From an uncultured virus (IMG/VR IMGVR_UViG_3300042346_000126) (Duplodnaviria; Heunggongvirae; Uroviricota; Caudoviricetes), in the IMG/VR virus record IMGVR_UViG_3300042346_000126: a stretch of DNA of 64,000 bases; one strand, given 5' to 3'. A program made the translations under genes and the position numbers. Under the pieces are notes generated by a model. It saw only the letters and a list, made by a program, of their open reading frames with translations. It ran no database searches and was not told where the DNA came from. Positions 60,495 through 64,000 of the stretch are shown here, piece after piece; the first letter of the stretch is position 1, and each line of letters starts with the position of its first letter.

Positions 60495-60515
60495 AAAAAG
60501 CCCCGTTTCCGGGGC
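60495..60515 (-). terminator. rho-independent terminator (copy 1)
   Basis: GCCCCG-GAAA-CGGGGC-TTTTT. Confidence 0.85.
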
Positions 60516-60523
60516 CGTGGGTG

Positions 60524-61342
60524 TCATAGTTGCGGACGTAAATCCCGGTAAAACTCATATATCCGGCGTAGTTCGTCCACCGTGGCGTCATTCTTTATCC
60601 GATTTGCCCGTTGCGATATCATGACTACATTTCCCTTTACGTAGCCCAGGTTAGAGTCAATCCGATCAAGCGACATAGCGTTATCGGCGGCGCCTCGGCT
60701 ACCAGTTCCATAATTTAGCGGTATGCCTAGCACGGGGCAAGTTTCTGGCAGGGGGTATAGGTCGGAGATAGTCAGGTCAAAGTCTACCCCTACCCGCTTC
60801 GCATTGTTACGTTTGTGCGTAATACGCTGCGTCAGCAGTAGCCGAAGCTCTGGGTTCTCCGCAATGGCTGCATGGTCTGCACCATATTTAGATAGCTTCG
60901 CTGTGGCAAATGCCTCGGCCCGCGCCTCCATGCGCTCCGCCTTAGCGGACACTACCATACCGTGTCTAGCTAGCTTATCCACGATCTGTTTTATGCGCTG
61001 CCGACTAAGCCCATACCCAGCCCCAATGTCTGCATACACCCCGCCAGATTTCAGCTTTTCGTATATCTCTAGGTCTCTGGGTTTTAGCTTGTGTACCTTA
61101 GCGTTTGCGTTGTAGGCGTTATCCAGCCATTGGGCATCTTGCGTTTGGATAGCCTTGATAAGAATCTTGGGGTTGTACATCGTACCCGCAATGCGGTAAT
61201 AGCTCTTACCGTTCATCTGAGCTACCGCCACAGGATCGCCGATTGTGTAACGCATATGAGCAACCCGTTTGGTATAGACGAGCACCCCGTCTTGAATAGC
61301 CAATATTGAAAGGAGCGTAGCGCCCGGAAGTCGTACTGCCAT
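60524..61342 (-). CDS. HTH + HNH-like endonuclease
   Basis: Sigma-r4-like YADIGAGYGLSRQRIKQI; CPVLG...SLDRIDSNLGYVKGNV...AN..K. Confidence 0.75.
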   Translation of the reverse strand: MAVRLPGATLLSILAIQDGVLVYTKRVAHMRYTIGDPVAVAQMNGKSYYRIAGTMYNPKILIKAIQTQDAQWLDNAYNANAKVHKLKPRDLEIYEKLKSGGVYADIGAGYGLSRQRIKQIVDKLARHGMVVSAKAERMEARAEAFATAKLSKYGADHAAIAENPELRLLLTQRITHKRNNAKRVGVDFDLTISDLYPLPETCPVLGIPLNYGTGSRGAADNAMSLDRIDSNLGYVKGNVVMISQRANRIKNDATVDELRRIYEFYRDLRPQL

Positions 61343-61368
61343 GATAACCCTTTATAAAATGTAAAGGT

Positions 61369-61396
61369 ATTATACGAAGTGATTACGTTTTGTCAA
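61369..61396 (-). promoter_or_regulatory. sigma70 promoter
   Basis: TTGACA-16 bp-TATAAT; palindrome lies just upstream of the -35. Confidence 0.75.
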
Positions 61397-61418
61397 CGAT
61401 AACTAATATTAGTTGTGT

Positions 61419-61439
61419 AAAAAGCCCCGTTTCCGGGGC
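61419..61439 (-). terminator. rho-independent terminator (copy 2, identical to 60495-60515)
   Basis: GCCCCG-GAAA-CGGGGC-TTTTT. Confidence 0.85.
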
Positions 61440-61512
61440 TCGGGCTCCCCACCGTAGGTGGGGCTCTGGCTCGTCCAGCTTAGCGGCGGGCTATCCGATC
61501 ATAGTTGTGGCA

Positions 61513-62322
61513 TTACAGTCCACGGCCTGCCTTATCGCTGAGCCGCACTATTGTCAGTACCCCAGTGCCGCGCTCAGAACTGCTAGTAAACCTCTTCCCT
61601 ACCCGTGCGGCATACACATGCACCGCAGTCTGCGCCCGCTTAGCAAGTAACGCAGGGATACGCACAACGTCGCCGGGCTGCATATCTTTGAACGGCCACT
61701 TAGTACGCTCTGCCTGTGCCCTGTGGCTAGGGTGCATACGCTCCAACCGCTCCAGCATAGCCGCGCCACCCGGTATGATCTGCATGAACGGGGACTCTTG
61801 CACGGATACCGTAGGGGCCTCAACGATATCGGCAATCCGGGTCTCATGGTCTTGGTTGCGCTTAGAGGCCATCGCAGTGGCTACCCGGCTAGCCCGCAGG
61901 TCCATAAGCAAGGGAGTTACGTTGGTCGCCTTGGCAATGATGAGGTTCAGCGACTTGGCCTTATCCATCAAGACTTGCAGCGCCGTAGAGGACCCCGCCT
62001 GTGCAGCTAGGGTGTGCATATCCACGCCAAGCCCTGCGCTAACTAATATTAGTTGCTCCACGGGTGTGAACGCGATAAAGGCAGCAGGGGAGGGTAGCGC
62101 CGCAGGGAGGGGGGAATCGAACGTATCCGCAGCAGACAGCAGGCCCGCCAAGATGGGGGCCACCTCGTAGAACTCAGGGTCCTCAGGCGTGCCGACCATA
62201 AAGAAGTGCGTCCCGGCCTCAGTGCAGAGCCGCAGGCTAGTGAACGGCAGGTCCTCCGCAGGGGAGAACATGACCGTATCGTGTTGGGCGTTGATAGCGA
62301 AATTGGCAAAAGAGTAGAGCAT
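61513..62322 (-). CDS. hypothetical protein with small C-terminal putative DNA-binding domain
   Basis: KWPFKDMQPGDVVRI...LTIVRL. Confidence 0.65.
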   Translation of the reverse strand: MLYSFANFAINAQHDTVMFSPAEDLPFTSLRLCTEAGTHFFMVGTPEDPEFYEVAPILAGLLSAADTFDSPLPAALPSPAAFIAFTPVEQLILVSAGLGVDMHTLAAQAGSSTALQVLMDKAKSLNLIIAKATNVTPLLMDLRASRVATAMASKRNQDHETRIADIVEAPTVSVQESPFMQIIPGGAAMLERLERMHPSHRAQAERTKWPFKDMQPGDVVRIPALLAKRAQTAVHVYAARVGKRFTSSSERGTGVLTIVRLSDKAGRGL

Positions 62323-63066
62323 GGCTAGGTAAAGTAGGTAATGTGGTTGAGGGAACTGAAGTGTATCACGATATGTGACCGATTGAATTGTACCACGACT
62401 TCAGAGAGGATTGTCACTAGGATACCAATAAGCTTAGTCCTACTCGTTATGTAACTTTCAATGTAGAAACGTAACACGTAACTATTCGGGCTTACTTAGA
62501 AATGCCTTATAAATCAACGACTTGCAAGGGGGTAAAACGGTGTATGTATGTGAAGCTGCAAAGCGGTACGGCGTAACTTTTTCTGCCGGAGAGAGCTCCT
62601 GAGCGAGGTCTGAACATGGAATGTGTATTCAAATAACTAGTTTTGGAGAACTCGTGGTGCCCCGGAACTCGTGCAATTCCTATGGTTTTTTTTGTAGGGT
62701 ACAGGCAGCACACAACAACAATACAATCTTATTTATTATTATTATTAGGGGTTTCTTGGTTTTTGTAACGCCTTTTCCTGCCGTTTTCCCCCCTTTTGTG
62801 CTGCTAGTAGCCGTGAATACCGTAGGTTGTAAGCGATATACCGTTCATGTAAGGAACTTCACGGTCAATTATCTCTAGCATTACAAAAGTAGATAATTGT
62901 AAGTTACAGAGGCTTACCGGTATAAATGGTCTATTTGGATACTCTCTCTTACCTATCACCCGTCCGCGCTAGCCTTTTCGTAGCGGTTACTACATTGTTC
63001 TGTCAACTAATATTAGTTGGACTCTTACCGCCACACGTCGTACACTCAACTAATATTAGTTCCCCG

Positions 63067-63098
63067 CTCACTCACTCACTCACTCACTCACTCACTCA
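63067..63098. repeat. (CTCA)8 microsatellite
   Basis: Eight perfect tandem units in non-coding DNA. Confidence 0.95.
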
Positions 63099-63136
63099 CC
63101 TTGGCTACTATGACCAAGCCTGAAAAGTACAGGCGT

Positions 63137-63158
63137 AAAAAAACCGCCTTGCGGCGGC
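63137..63158 (-). terminator. rho-independent terminator
   Basis: CCGCC-GCAA-GGCGG-TTTTTTT. Confidence 0.8.
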
Positions 63159-63177
63159 TGGTTGGGTAGAACTAATA

Positions 63178-63384
63178 TTAGTTGAACCCTACTCTTGTGT
63201 CGTACATATCAGGCAACTCACTACCGTCTAACCATACCTTGCGGGTTACGGCGTCGTCCAGCCACGTCTCAAGCGCTTCACGCGTGGGCATTGAACCCAC
63301 TGTCAGAACCGCGTCGCCATCCATCACCACGCCATCCCACTGCCCGGATGTTTTCTCAATCATAAGAGTTCTAATATTGGCCAT
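63178..63384 (-). CDS. small hypothetical protein
   Basis: MANIRTLMIEK; stop codon lies in the palindrome. Confidence 0.6.
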   Translation of the reverse strand: MANIRTLMIEKTSGQWDGVVMDGDAVLTVGSMPTREALETWLDDAVTRKVWLDGSELPDMYDTRVGFN

Positions 63385-63451
63385 TTGATTTTCTCTGTTA
63401 CGTGCAAAGGCGCACTGCAAACCCCTGCAATCAGGGGTTCAGGGTAAACCC

Positions 63452-63979
63452 CTAGACCTTGAATGCTGGATCAATCACGCATGCCGCATCGATCAGGATG
63501 GATTTAATCTCCAACTGGTTAAGCAGCACCGCCTGCTCGATCGCTTTGCGAATGGTGTCCAGCAATGCCTTGTTATCCGTTGTACTTACTTTGCCCACAC
63601 GAGCCTTCCCGCCTTTGGCTGCACCCTTAGACCAGGGGAGTGCTGGGAGTCCGCCTTTCTCTTCGCTCAAGAATGCGCTTGCATACCATGCGACATCATG
63701 ATAGTAGGCACGCATGGCGGACTGCGCGTAATTCGTTACGGTATTCTTTTCAATTAGACCTACCGCAACAGCATCAATGAATACTTGGCACGTGCGCACT
63801 TCCTCGCCAATAGACTTCACGCCTTCCTCATCACGTGTAACTCCGGCCACTGTGCATGCGTCCATATATTGGGCGAATGCTTGAGCTACGATGTCGCGGG
63901 CCTTACCGGCAGCCTTATCGGCTGCGGTTGTAGCGGTAATGATAGTGGAACCGAATGCGTTGAATGAAACTGTAGACAT
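63452..63979 (-). CDS. hypothetical protein
   Basis: AGGAG RBS, 175 aa. Confidence 0.75.
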   Translation of the reverse strand: MSTVSFNAFGSTIITATTAADKAAGKARDIVAQAFAQYMDACTVAGVTRDEEGVKSIGEEVRTCQVFIDAVAVGLIEKNTVTNYAQSAMRAYYHDVAWYASAFLSEEKGGLPALPWSKGAAKGGKARVGKVSTTDNKALLDTIRKAIEQAVLLNQLEIKSILIDAACVIDPAFKV

Positions 63980-64000
63980 GTGATAACTCCTATGTAGGTA

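Larger units (their letters stand above)
41685..63181. promoter_or_regulatory. dispersed palindrome CTAATATTAG (often AACTAATATTAGTT), operator- or recombination-site-like
   Basis: Exact copies start at 41685, 48569, 52252, 53965, 56261, 56866, 57950, 58362, 58798, 59186, 60341, 61403, 62043, 63007, 63050, 63172; one-mismatch copies at 55113, 59982, 63371. Confidence 0.85.

Overview
The window is most or all of a ~64 kb tailed dsDNA phage genome with podovirus-like organisation. The + strand (1-37368) carries packaging, head, tail, lysis and ejection-protein genes. The - strand (37360-63979) carries replication genes (primase/DUF927 helicase, SNF2 helicase, family A DNA polymerase, nucleases) and an early/accessory region. 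I saw no integrase, tRNA, CRISPR array or reverse transcriptase. Three features stand out. (1) Both inteins hide a second gene in the +1 frame of their linker: a complete HNH-like endonuclease in the helicase intein and a NUMOD1-like DNA-binding remnant in the terminase intein, while the intein frame stays open. (2) The palindrome CTAATATTAG occurs 16 times exactly, all in the right arm, and often supplies the stop codon at gene junctions. (3) Five near-identical paralogous genes, each ending in that palindrome, differ mainly in the number and order of 12-bp (AAxx tetrapeptide) units and are interleaved with a MoxR-AAA / vWA-metallopeptidase module. Product calls come from motif recognition by eye. 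No database search or folding program was run.
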